Below are positions 19,778-29,241 of a stretch of 64,000 bases of DNA, in pieces. The notes below the pieces were generated by a model. That model saw nothing but the letters and a program-made list of their open reading frames with translations, had not been told where the DNA came from and did no database searches. The position numbers and the translations under genes are program-made. The DNA is from Terriglobia bacterium (GTDB lineage Bacteria > Acidobacteriota > Terriglobia > 20CM-2-55-15), in assembly GCA_965198225.1 (NCBI GenBank), contig CBDAOY010000007.1, positions 64,001-128,000 on the forward strand, given 5' to 3'. Within the stretch, counting starts at the first letter, position 1. Each line of letters starts with the position of its first letter.

Positions 19778-19862
19778 TCAGTAGTCAGTTGTCGGGATCG
19801 GGAGCTGGCACACCGCCCATTTCCTCAAACTGGCAACTGGCAACTGATAACTGACAACTGAT
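19778..19862. repeat. Heptamer-periodic palindromic repeat interrupted by the IIC intron
   Basis: tcagtag tcagttg ... aaactgg caactgg caactga taactga caactga. Joining the exons gives GTTG|TCAGTAGTCAGTTGTC, the reverse complement of the repeat at ~7690. Confidence 0.7.
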
Positions 19863-19912
19863 TTCTGATATCCTCCGCCTGATAGGGTTCTTGGTGGAGG
19901 TTCTTAGACTTC

Positions 19913-22153
19913 TTGCACGATCTAGCCCGCAGCCTTCCAGGTTATGTGTGCCTGGCACTTCTCTACGCGCTTTTTCTGCCGTGGGACAGCTCTGCCCAAG
20001 AGGCGCTCGACTCCGACATCGCGCCGATTGCCGACTATGAATCCGTCCAGAGCCAGAAGGTCTACGAGATCACCCGCGCCCGGGGTCCGATCCGTCTGGA
20101 CGGTGTGATCGACGAACCTGCCTGGGAAGGGGTCCAGGCCGAAAACGAATACTTTCAACTGGAACCGGTTCGAGGGGTGCCGGCCGACGAGTACACCGAA
20201 TTCCGAATGGTCTACGACGATGAGAACATCTATATCGCCGCGATCAATCTCCAGAACGGCCCTATCATCACCAGCAGCCTGCAACGCGATTTCAACCCGC
20301 CGGCCGATGGCGACGTCATCGCGTTCATGTTCGATACCTTCGACAACGATCGCGACGCATTCTTCTTCCAGACCAACCCGGGAGGGGCCAAGAGAGACCA
20401 GCAGACCTCCGGGGGCGTCCGCAGCACCGAGTGGGACGGCGTGTATGACGTCGCGACTCGGGTCGATGCCGCCGGCTGGTACGCGGAGTTCGCCATACCG
20501 TTCAGGACGCTCCGTTTCGACGAGACGAATCCAGAACAACAGTGGGGTTTCAATGCAATAAGGATCGCCCGGTACACCAACGAATGGATGATGTGGTCGC
20601 CGGGGCCCCGCCCGTTCAATATCTTCCACGTCTTCGTCGGCGGGACGCTGGTCGGGCTCGAGCGACTCCGCCAGGGCCGTAACCTCAAGATCGAGCCGTT
20701 TGTGGTGAGCAATTACACGCCCGATGCCGAAGACGCCTACGACCCGGATGTCGGTGTCGACGTCAAGTACGGCGTGACGTCCAGCCTCACGCTCGACCTG
20801 ACCACCAACACCGACTTCTCACAGGTCGACGCCGACACGCAACAGGTGAACCTGACACGCTTTAGCCTTTTCTTCCCCGAACAACGGGAGTTCTTTCTCG
20901 AAAACCAGGGCCTTTTCGACGTGGGTGCCGGGGAAGGAGGGGGAGGCCCCGGAGGATCGGGAACCATCGGGGGACGGGGTCGCGATGTCATTCCGTTCTT
21001 CAGCCGTCGGATCGGCTTGTCCGGCAGGGGCACGCCGCTTCCGATCGTCGCGGGGGCGAGGCTGACGGGTCGCATGGCCGGGTTCGATGTGGGCGTGATG
21101 AACATGCAGGTCGGTTCGGAAGGGGATACGCCGTCCGACAACTGGTCGGTATTGCGTTTCAAGCGCGACGTCCTTTCCAACTCCGACATCGGAACTTTCC
21201 TCTTCAACCGCGAGCAGGGAGGGGAAACGGGATACTGGAACCGTTCGGGTGGCGCGGACGTGAACCTGAGGTTCTTCCAGCGCCGTCTGACCCTAGCCGG
21301 CTTCGCGATGAAGACCTACACGCCTGGAGACGATGAGAAAAACTTTGCCGGGCAGTTCCAGACCTCCTACCGGGACGACTTTTACGATTTTCGCGGGTCG
21401 TTCATGTCTGTCCAGGAAGACTTCCGGAACGACTTTGGGTTCATCAGGCGCGAAGCGATCCGCAAGACGAATGCGTTTGGCGGCATCCGCCCGAGGCCCG
21501 ACAGCGGGCGTGGGTTGATTCGGGAGATTTTTCCGCAGTTCGAGACCAACTACGTCACGGACCAGCAGGATCGGCTCCTGACGCGCACCCATCGAGCCGG
21601 CGTCAGCATCCAATTCCGTGACGGCGACCGCTTCTCCATGAGCCGCAACATGCGTTTTGAACGGTTGGACGAGGAGTTCGGAATCCGGGGCGGCGTCAAC
21701 ATCCCTGCCGGCGACCACGCCTTCAACGACTGGGATGTTTCTTTCAGCGGATCCGGAGGCCGGAAGCTTTCGGGCGACGCGAGCCTGACGACGGGAGATT
21801 TCTGGACGGGGACCCAGCGACAGACGAGTCTGGGCTTGCGATTCCGGCAGAGCATTCATTTCACGACCGAGGTCGACTGGTCCCGGAACAAGATCGAGTT
21901 GGATGAAGGGTCGTTCACGACCGACCTGATCGGGCTGCGGTTAAACTTTGCGTTTTCGCCGCGGATGTTCTTCGAGAACTTCATCCAGTACAACACCGAC
22001 GCCAACACCGTTTCGTCGAACATCCGGTTCCGGTTCCTCCACCACCCGTTGAGCGACTTCTTCATCGTTTACAACGAGCGGCGCGGAGTCAGCGGCAACA
22101 ATGCACTCGAACGAGCCTTGATCATCAAGCTCACGAACCTGTTCAGCTTCTAG
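19913..22153 (+). CDS. CBM9-like/DUF5916 outer-membrane protein
   Basis: Signal peptide; IRLDGVIDEPAW; AEFAIPFRTLRF; NTDFSQVDAD...NLTRFSLFFPEQREFFLE; FFSRRIG; C-terminal Phe. Confidence 0.85.
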   Translation: MHDLARSLPGYVCLALLYALFLPWDSSAQEALDSDIAPIADYESVQSQKVYEITRARGPIRLDGVIDEPAWEGVQAENEYFQLEPVRGVPADEYTEFRMVYDDENIYIAAINLQNGPIITSSLQRDFNPPADGDVIAFMFDTFDNDRDAFFFQTNPGGAKRDQQTSGGVRSTEWDGVYDVATRVDAAGWYAEFAIPFRTLRFDETNPEQQWGFNAIRIARYTNEWMMWSPGPRPFNIFHVFVGGTLVGLERLRQGRNLKIEPFVVSNYTPDAEDAYDPDVGVDVKYGVTSSLTLDLTTNTDFSQVDADTQQVNLTRFSLFFPEQREFFLENQGLFDVGAGEGGGGPGGSGTIGGRGRDVIPFFSRRIGLSGRGTPLPIVAGARLTGRMAGFDVGVMNMQVGSEGDTPSDNWSVLRFKRDVLSNSDIGTFLFNREQGGETGYWNRSGGADVNLRFFQRRLTLAGFAMKTYTPGDDEKNFAGQFQTSYRDDFYDFRGSFMSVQEDFRNDFGFIRREAIRKTNAFGGIRPRPDSGRGLIREIFPQFETNYVTDQQDRLLTRTHRAGVSIQFRDGDRFSMSRNMRFERLDEEFGIRGGVNIPAGDHAFNDWDVSFSGSGGRKLSGDASLTTGDFWTGTQRQTSLGLRFRQSIHFTTEVDWSRNKIELDEGSFTTDLIGLRLNFAFSPRMFFENFIQYNTDANTVSSNIRFRFLHHPLSDFFIVYNERRGVSGNNALERALIIKLTNLFSF

Positions 22154-22177
22154 ACGGGTGTCTACGTCTTATCAGAG

Positions 22178-22246
22178 GTGTAGGTGCGGTCTATGACCGC
22201 ACACTCTTCGAGCCGAAACATGTGCGCTCATAGAGCGCACCTACAC
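22178..22246. repeat. REP-like inverted doublet, family A copy 3
   Basis: Same arms as copy 1; between convergent genes. Confidence 0.85.
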
Positions 22247-22317
22247 CCGATCTTGAAGTGTCTGTCCCAGCGGTGTCCCCACACGGTGGAGCCTGCTGAC
22301 AACAATGTGAGGTGGGA

Positions 22318-24009
22318 CTAGATTGCCTCGTTCACTAGTGCGAGGATTCGTTGCTCTTCCTCAGTTGCCTTGTCTCGGATCTCATCCGCCCGTCCGAGGA
22401 CATCTTCGATCCAGGCCGCGTCGTGGATGCCCGGGGCATTGATCTTGACGTTCAGGTAGGCGCCCATGACGGCGGAGCGGGCGGCGATCGCTCCGACGCC
22501 GGCGTCGGAGACACTGTTGGGGTTGCCGATCTCGGCCATAGCGCCGGCAACCTCCATCGATTCGTATGCCGTTTGCATCACGCAAAAGGGTATCTCGATG
22601 GCGTGTTTGGTGGCGTTTTCGACGGCCTGCTCCTTGGCGGCCTTTTCTTCCTCGGTGCCGGCCGGCAGGCCGAACGCGGCCATCAGGGCGTTGAAAGCCT
22701 CAGTGTCTTCGTCGATCAGACGCAGCAGCTCGTCGTGATAGGCCTTGCCTTTTTCGGCCCAGTCGGAAAACTCCTCCCAGCGATCATCCCACCCCTGTTT
22801 GTGAGACGACAGGTTGGCGACCATCGTGGCCAGAGCCGCGCCCAGTGCTCCCATGGCTGCGGAGACCGACCCGCCGCCTGGGGCGGGCGACTCGGACGCC
22901 GTCTCGTGTACGAATCCGGCGAGCGTCCGGTCCACAAGTTTCTTTGACTGTCCTCCACGAGCCGCGATCGCGTACTCGACGATCTTCTCCTCAGGCTTGA
23001 ACGGATAGAGATCGTCGAGTCCGAGGGATTTTGTCGCGATCTGGATCAGCTCCGCGTCGGAGACGCCGGTCGAGCGCCGCTGCTTCTTGAGGAAGTAACG
23101 CCCTGCGTCGAGCATGGCGCCGAGGGGAATCAGGCCGACGAGCTCGGATCCGGTGACCCGAACGCCGCGCGCGTCGGCGGCCTTCGAACACTCGTCGAAC
23201 GCGACGTGCACCGGCGTGACGCCGATGTTCGTGAGATTGAGGGACACCTGAGCGATGCCGTACTCCTCGATGAACCAGCCAATGCCTTTGACGCAATCGA
23301 GTTTTCCCCGGATCCAGACGTCCTTACCTTGTGGGTCCTGGACCACCGGGCCGGTCAGGGGATTGCCTTCGCGTTTCCTGCGTCCCTTTTCGCGCACATC
23401 GAACGCGATGGCGTTGGCGCGGCGTGTGGAGGTCGTGTTGAGGTTGACGTTGTATGCGACGAGAAAGTCTCGTGCGCTGACTGCCGTTGCACCGGAGCTG
23501 ACGTTGAACTCGGCCGGGCCGAAGTCGGGCTTCCATTCCGGTTTGGCCAGCTTCTCTGACAGACCTTCGTATTCCCCGTCCCGTACGATGGCCAGGTTGC
23601 GTCGCTCAGGCCTGGTCGCGGCGTACTCGTAACAGTAGATTGTAAGGCCGACCTCCTCGCCGAGGCGTTTTGCCAGCTGGCGTGCATGGGAAACCGTCTC
23701 TTCCATGGTGATGTTGGCCACGGGAACAAGTGGGCAGACGTCCATAGCACCGAAGCGAGGATGCTCGCCATGGTGCTTGCCCATGTCGATCAGCTCGGCG
23801 GCCTTCCGCGCGGAGCGTACGGCGGCCTCGACGACAGCTTGCGGGGAGCCGACGAAGGTGACAACGGTGCGGTTCGTCGCCTGACCGGGATCGACGTCGA
23901 GCAGACTGACGCCTTCGACGGTTTCGATCTCGCCGGTGATGTGCTCGATAAGGGCCAGGTCGCGGCCTTCGCTGAAGTTAGGGACACATTCGATCAGTTG
24001 CTGGGCCAT
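22318..24009 (-). CDS. ftcD: Glutamate formimidoyltransferase / formiminotetrahydrofolate cyclodeaminase
   Basis: LIECVPNFSEGR, HHGEHPRFGAMDVCP, SPAPGGGS, GNPNSVSDAGV. Start at MAQQ; the upstream ORF extension is repeat-derived. Confidence 0.95.
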   Translation of the reverse strand: MAQQLIECVPNFSEGRDLALIEHITGEIETVEGVSLLDVDPGQATNRTVVTFVGSPQAVVEAAVRSARKAAELIDMGKHHGEHPRFGAMDVCPLVPVANITMEETVSHARQLAKRLGEEVGLTIYCYEYAATRPERRNLAIVRDGEYEGLSEKLAKPEWKPDFGPAEFNVSSGATAVSARDFLVAYNVNLNTTSTRRANAIAFDVREKGRRKREGNPLTGPVVQDPQGKDVWIRGKLDCVKGIGWFIEEYGIAQVSLNLTNIGVTPVHVAFDECSKAADARGVRVTGSELVGLIPLGAMLDAGRYFLKKQRRSTGVSDAELIQIATKSLGLDDLYPFKPEEKIVEYAIAARGGQSKKLVDRTLAGFVHETASESPAPGGGSVSAAMGALGAALATMVANLSSHKQGWDDRWEEFSDWAEKGKAYHDELLRLIDEDTEAFNALMAAFGLPAGTEEEKAAKEQAVENATKHAIEIPFCVMQTAYESMEVAGAMAEIGNPNSVSDAGVGAIAARSAVMGAYLNVKINAPGIHDAAWIEDVLGRADEIRDKATEEEQRILALVNEAI

Positions 24010-24181
24010 AGCCGAGTTTCCCGTTTCTCGCGCGGGTGACGCTGTTTTGACCGACCCGACGATGATGCACTCCAATGAGATGCCCTGGCAAGAAGCAGGT
24101 GCAGGTGCGGTCGGGGACCGTCCTTGTCCAAAAGAGCCTTTCGAGGGGAGTGGATTTTGAAAAGGCGGATCTCCTGAGGAG

Positions 24182-24250
24182 GTGTAGGTGCGGTCTATGA
24201 CCGCACACCCTTCGAACCGAAACACGTGCGCTCATAGAGCGCACCTCCAC
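24182..24250. repeat. REP-like inverted doublet, family A copy 4
   Basis: Same arms with one mismatch (CCTCCAC). Confidence 0.85.
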
Positions 24251-24656
24251 CTGATCCCGAAGTTTCGCTTGTCTCAGGCGCAAAACCTATGTGCCGACTT
24301 GAAAATGCGTCGACGAGGCGTCCGAACAGCTGTCCCTCGGCCGACAACCTTCAGCGCGCCCAGTCCGAGGTCAATCCCTTTTCCAAATCTAAAACAAACA
24401 AAATAACTACAAATTCAGCAAGTCAGCGGGGTTGGATGACGTCTTATTGCTATGAGAGGCTGGATTTGCGTCCGTCCCTCGGAAGTGGGATCTCGTCGGC
24501 CCCGTCTGAGTGGATCCAGACAGGGTCTTTACCGACATGGTCGCTGACCTCCCGCTCCGTGGGGACCTAAGCCGTTGTGACGGCATGGGATAGAAGCCCA
24601 ACAGCATGCCGAAGGTGTGAAGACTGGAAACCTCCGAAGGTAACGAGATCGGATTC

Positions 24657-25028
24657 ATGAGCAAGACTCTTCCTCTGATGTGGATAAAATGTTGGACGTG
24701 CAGCGGCGACCGCTGGTTCGATCTGCTCCGGTTCGACCTCGACGATCCCTTGCTGGACAACATGGGCGGCGTATACGTTATCCGGCAAGGAGGTCCGAAT
24801 CCCTCGACGATTCGGGTTGGGCAAGGCGAGATTAGAACTCGGCTAGCGGCCGAGAGAGAGGATCCCCAAATCCTGTCGCGAGAACAATACGGTCTCTACG
24901 TGACTTGGGCAAGTGTCGAAGTAAGCCTCCGGGAGGGTGCCGCGAAGTGTCTCAGTCGACTTCTACAGCCCAAGCTTGGTGACGACCGTCCGGACGTGAC
25001 GGAGATTGCGGTCAATATGCCGTGGTGA
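24657..25028 (+). CDS. Hypothetical protein with a GIY-YIG-like motif pattern
   Basis: GGVYVI...IRVGQGEIRTRL...LLQPKLG spacing resembles a stand-alone GIY-YIG domain. Confidence 0.55.
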   Translation: MSKTLPLMWIKCWTCSGDRWFDLLRFDLDDPLLDNMGGVYVIRQGGPNPSTIRVGQGEIRTRLAAEREDPQILSREQYGLYVTWASVEVSLREGAAKCLSRLLQPKLGDDRPDVTEIAVNMPW

Positions 25029-25675
25029 AGGAGCGTCCCACTCGACCTTCTGAGGAAGTTCGCGGTCAGTGGCCTCGGCCACGGAATCCATTGGTAGAAT
25101 CCGGGCCCGCCGTCTACCTCGCCCACCTGGGAGTTCTTCGCAATTCATAGGTTGACGATGATACGCAGAAGCGTCGACCAAAGTGTCCCAGCGGTCCCTA
25201 AACGTCCGAATGGTTCGTCCCAGTGGCCTGTAACAGAGAGAGTGATAGTGGCGTTGCGAGCGCAACGGTACCGGATTCTAGGAGCGCCGCCCGAGGTAAT
25301 GCTGCTTCATTGCGAGAAGGCGCGACAACGAAGACGGTGCTGTTCCGCCGCAACCCGAAGGGACGATGGGTCTTGCCAGTCACGCAGAGGAGCTAGGAAA
25401 CCCGCGTTTTTCGTTTTGCACCGACTCGTGAGAGGACCCGCAAGGCCCATCGGCGACGCTGTCACTATCTCTGTTACAGGCCACTAGCGTCGGGCAAACC
25501 CGCAACATCCAGCGACCCCTCGCCCCACGGCACGACCCCAGCAGAGCAGGGTCGGTATGCCTTTCGAGGCTTACGGGGACAACCACACCGCGCCAACGCG
25601 GGGCCATGCAACTGCTGACGGTGTATGATCCTCGTGTTCCGTGACAATCCCGTCACAGGTCACCAGGAAAAGGGG

Positions 25676-26547
25676 ATGGCTATGTCGGATGACCAGAATG
25701 CGAGAATTCGCATCGTTGCGATCGTCGGTACGGTGCGACCGGGAAACTACACGTCGAAGGCTCTGCGCCTGGCCGCGACGAGGTCGAGAAACATCCGGAG
25801 TGTTCCTGCGAACTGATCGATCCCGCCACGATGGACCTTCCGTTTCCGGGAGGCGGAGATGACCGCGGACGCACAGCGGCTGCAGGAGAGCGTTTCGCGG
25901 GCGACCGGCATCATACTGTCGACGCCCGAGTACCACGGCAGTTTCAGCAGTACGATCAAGCTGGTGATCGAGAACCTGGGTTTCCCCTCGGTGACCTGAG
26001 AATTCGGCGATCGTCGGCCGGTCGACCGTTACACTGGGCGTGGCCGGCGAGGTCGAGACATCCGGAGTGTTCCTGCGAACTGATCGATCCCGCCACGATG
26101 GACCTTCCGTTTCCGGGAGGAGAGATGACCGCGGACGCACAGCGGCTGCAGGAGAGCGTTTCGCGGGCGACCGGCATCATACTGTCGACGCCCGAGTACC
26201 ACGGCAGTTTCAGCAGTACGATCAAGCTGGTGATCGAGAACCTGGGTTTCCCCTCGGTCCTGGCCGGCAAGCCGGTCGCGTTGCTGGGCGTGGCGGCGGG
26301 TCAGATCGGTGCCATAAAGTCGCTGGAGAGTCTGCGTGGAGTCTGCTCTCACGTCGGCGCGATCGTTCTGCCGGGCCCGGTTTCGATCGCCGGCGTGCAG
26401 CGGGTGTTCGACGAAGACGGCAACTGCCTGGACGAAGCGTCGGAGAAGAGGATCCGCTCTGTGGCGACGAACGTGATCGACTATATCGAGGACAACGTGT
26501 GTCCACGGATGGCGCTGGAATCCCTGGTACGCTCCGGCGCCGATTAG
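25676..26547 (+). pseudogene. NADPH-dependent FMN reductase disrupted by an internal duplication and frameshifts
   Basis: RIVAIVGTVRPGNYT; STPEYHGSFS; LAGKPVALLG; ~210 bp duplicated. Confidence 0.8.
25779..26258 (+). repeat. ~210 bp direct repeat (25779-25992 and 26048-26258)
   Basis: Near-identical copies differing by small indels, separated by a garbled copy of the upstream sequence. Confidence 0.9.
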
Positions 26548-26818
26548 GACAGAGGACGGTTCCTGATGGTCGAGTGGAAGCACGACGACGTATTCCACAG
26601 GAGATTCCACTTTCTGAAGCTGCTCTTGCTGCCGGAGTTACGGCCGAAGGGAACAGCCTGGCCGATCCGGCGTTGACCCGGCGATTCGATCTGCCCTAAG
26701 ATTCTTTAAAGTCCAGTATTTCTTGGAGATCTGGCAAGCCGCCAGCAATTGGTTTGGATTGACCCTCCGCCAGGCCGCGGTTGTTGGACATCGGCTGCCT
26801 CGGACCAAGGAACGACGC

Positions 26819-28462
26819 ATGGCCAGAATTGAGCGAACATTCCTGCCCGGCCCCACCGAAGGCGAAGAGAATTACCGCGCGATTTTTGAGAACGCGGTGG
26901 CGGGCATCTACCAGACGTCTCTCGACGGCCGGTTCGTCAAGGCAAACGCCGCGATGGCTCGTATCCTGCGGTACGACTCACCCGAAGATCTTGTCTCGAC
27001 GGTCACTGACCTCGGGACGCAGCTCTACGTCGACCCCGAGCAACGGCGGAAACTGATGCGCGAGCTGGAGGTATCCAAGGTCCTCTCCGCCGTCGAGTGC
27101 CAGTTCTACCGGAAGGACGGCAGCACGACCTGGGTTCGACTCGACGCCCGGATCGTTCGGGACGCTACCGGCAGGTCGAGTTATTGCGAAGGTATCATCG
27201 AAGACATCTCCTCCTACAAAGAGTCGGAGCAGAAGCGCGGCGAGCAGGCCAGGGCGTTGGCGGCCGCGAACGAGTCGCTGAGGGCCGAGGTCGTCGAGAG
27301 GAAACGTGCGGAGCAGGTTTCCAAAGGACAGGCTGCCGCGCTAGCCAAGAGCCTCGATCGACTCGCGGGAGAGCCGGACCTTGACGAATTCATCGGTCTC
27401 GTCCTCCAGGTAATCGCCGAACAACTCCAGGCCAACAGCGCTTCTCTATGGCTTTTCGACGAGGAGAGCCAGGAAGTTTGGATGCATCTGGACTACACCG
27501 AAGGTCGGGTCCGGAAGCCGGAGGAGACGAATCATCCTCACTCGTCGGGCCGCGTCTCGGTGAACCAACTGGCATGGTGGCCGTTCGATCTTTCGGTAGA
27601 TAAGTCGGAGCCGCTCGTTTTCGAGGACGTGTCACTGGATCCCGAGCTGCGCGAATGGGGAAAGAAGCAGGGGATCAAGAGCTGGCTCTCCGCTCCGATG
27701 GCGTTTGGTGCCCGGACTGTCGGGTTCATGACGATTCGAAGCTCTCAACCGAAGCGGTTTGGTGAGGAGGACAAGCAGCTGGCGCGGGCGCTCGCAAACC
27801 AGGCTACGCTTGCGGTGGAGATGGCCCGACTGGCCGCCAAGCGCCAGCAGACAGCGATTTTTGAAGAGCGGAACAGAATCGCCCGCGAGATTCACGACAC
27901 GATCGCGCAGAGTCTGTCCGGAGTCGTCGTCCAGTTGGAGGCCGCTCAGGACGTTTTGGGGGACGCCCCCGAGAAGTGCAGGGGACACATCGCCCGCGCC
28001 GAGGACCAGGCCCGGACCGGCCTGACTGAAGCCCGGCGCTCGGTCTGGGCTTTGCGGCCCGAGTCACAGAGTAGCAACATCGTGGATGCGCTGGAAGGTC
28101 TGGTTCGTGAGTCGTCCCTCCGGGCTGAGAGCGACGTGGCGTTCTCATCCGAGGGAGAGGTTCAGTCGGTTTGCCCCGAGGTGGAGCACAACCTGCTCCG
28201 CGCGGCCCGTGAAGCCCTGAACAACTCGATCCGTCACGCCGGGCCCTGCAAGCTTGCGCTGGGTCTCGTGTTCGAGGATCATCATGTGCGACTCCGGATT
28301 ACCGATGACGGTCGCGGTTTTGCCCCCGACGAAGTGTCCGGCGACGGATTCGGCCTGATTGGTATGAGGGAGCGAATCGAACGCGTGGACGGAGAACTCC
28401 GGATCGATAGCCGGCCCGGGGCGGGCACGCATGTCGAAATACGGGTTCCCTGCGGGGGGTGA
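26819..28462 (+). CDS. PAS-GAF sensor histidine kinase (HisKA_3 type)
   Basis: YRAIFENAVAGIYQT PAS; GAF; ERNRIAREIHDTIAQ H-box; DDGRGF, GFGLIGMRER. Confidence 0.93.
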   Translation: MARIERTFLPGPTEGEENYRAIFENAVAGIYQTSLDGRFVKANAAMARILRYDSPEDLVSTVTDLGTQLYVDPEQRRKLMRELEVSKVLSAVECQFYRKDGSTTWVRLDARIVRDATGRSSYCEGIIEDISSYKESEQKRGEQARALAAANESLRAEVVERKRAEQVSKGQAAALAKSLDRLAGEPDLDEFIGLVLQVIAEQLQANSASLWLFDEESQEVWMHLDYTEGRVRKPEETNHPHSSGRVSVNQLAWWPFDLSVDKSEPLVFEDVSLDPELREWGKKQGIKSWLSAPMAFGARTVGFMTIRSSQPKRFGEEDKQLARALANQATLAVEMARLAAKRQQTAIFEERNRIAREIHDTIAQSLSGVVVQLEAAQDVLGDAPEKCRGHIARAEDQARTGLTEARRSVWALRPESQSSNIVDALEGLVRESSLRAESDVAFSSEGEVQSVCPEVEHNLLRAAREALNNSIRHAGPCKLALGLVFEDHHVRLRITDDGRGFAPDEVSGDGFGLIGMRERIERVDGELRIDSRPGAGTHVEIRVPCGG

Positions 28463-28466
28463 ACGT

Positions 28467-29099
28467 TTGAAGAATTCCAAGCAGATACGGGTCCTGATTG
28501 CCGATGACCATCAGGTGGTCCGGGAAGGCCTCGTCGCGATCATCAACAGACAGGAAGACATGGATGTTGTTGCCGAAGCCGGTACCGGACCCGAAGCGGT
28601 CGAGATGTACGACAAGATGCGCCCCGACGTATCCCTTCTCGATCTCCGCATGCCCGGGCTGGACGGTCTGGACGTCATTTCCGAGATTCGGAAGACCGAT
28701 CCGAGCGCGTCGCTCGTCGTCCTGACGACGTTCGACGACGAAGAGGATATCTACCGCAGCCTGCAGCAAGGCGTGCAGGCGTATGTCCTCAAGGATGTGC
28801 CGCGTGAAGAGTTGCTCCACGCGATCCGCGAGGTTCACGTCGGCCGGTCCCACATTCCGCCAATGATCGCCTCCAAGCTCGCTCGCCGGATGAGTGGCAC
28901 CGAGCTGACCTCCCGCGAAACCGAGGTCCTGCGACTGATGGCCGAAGGCAAGAGCAACAAAGAGATAGCCAAGGATCTGTTCATCAGCGAGGGCACGGTC
29001 AAGGTGCACGTCAACAGCATCCTGCACAAGTTGGGCACCCGCGGCCGGACCGAAGCCGTAGCCTTTGCCGTCAAGCGGGGAATGGTGCGAATCAGCTGA
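28467..29099 (+). CDS. NarL/LuxR family response regulator
   Basis: IRVLIADDH, LDLRMPGLDG, LTSRETEVL...GKSNKEIA...SEGTVKVHV. Start uncertain (TTG assumed). Confidence 0.94.
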   Translation: MKNSKQIRVLIADDHQVVREGLVAIINRQEDMDVVAEAGTGPEAVEMYDKMRPDVSLLDLRMPGLDGLDVISEIRKTDPSASLVVLTTFDDEEDIYRSLQQGVQAYVLKDVPREELLHAIREVHVGRSHIPPMIASKLARRMSGTELTSRETEVLRLMAEGKSNKEIAKDLFISEGTVKVHVNSILHKLGTRGRTEAVAFAVKRGMVRIS

Positions 29100-29241
29100 A
29101 CGTCGGACTGCCTACCGCCACCCAGTTCTCCCTCTAAGGCAGCGAGATCGGGGGCAGCAGTTCCCGCGTTTGTGGCGAGCGCAGCCTTGACCAGGCACCT
29201 GAGGCAAGACGCAAGGCAGAGATGCCCGCCCCGAGTCTTTC

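Noticed and set aside
24010-24225. N-terminal extensions containing CAVIDRTYT/CALIERTY (also at 3400-3708, 41248-41697, 43310-43693)
   Set aside because: These are translations of the REP family A arms, not a protein domain.
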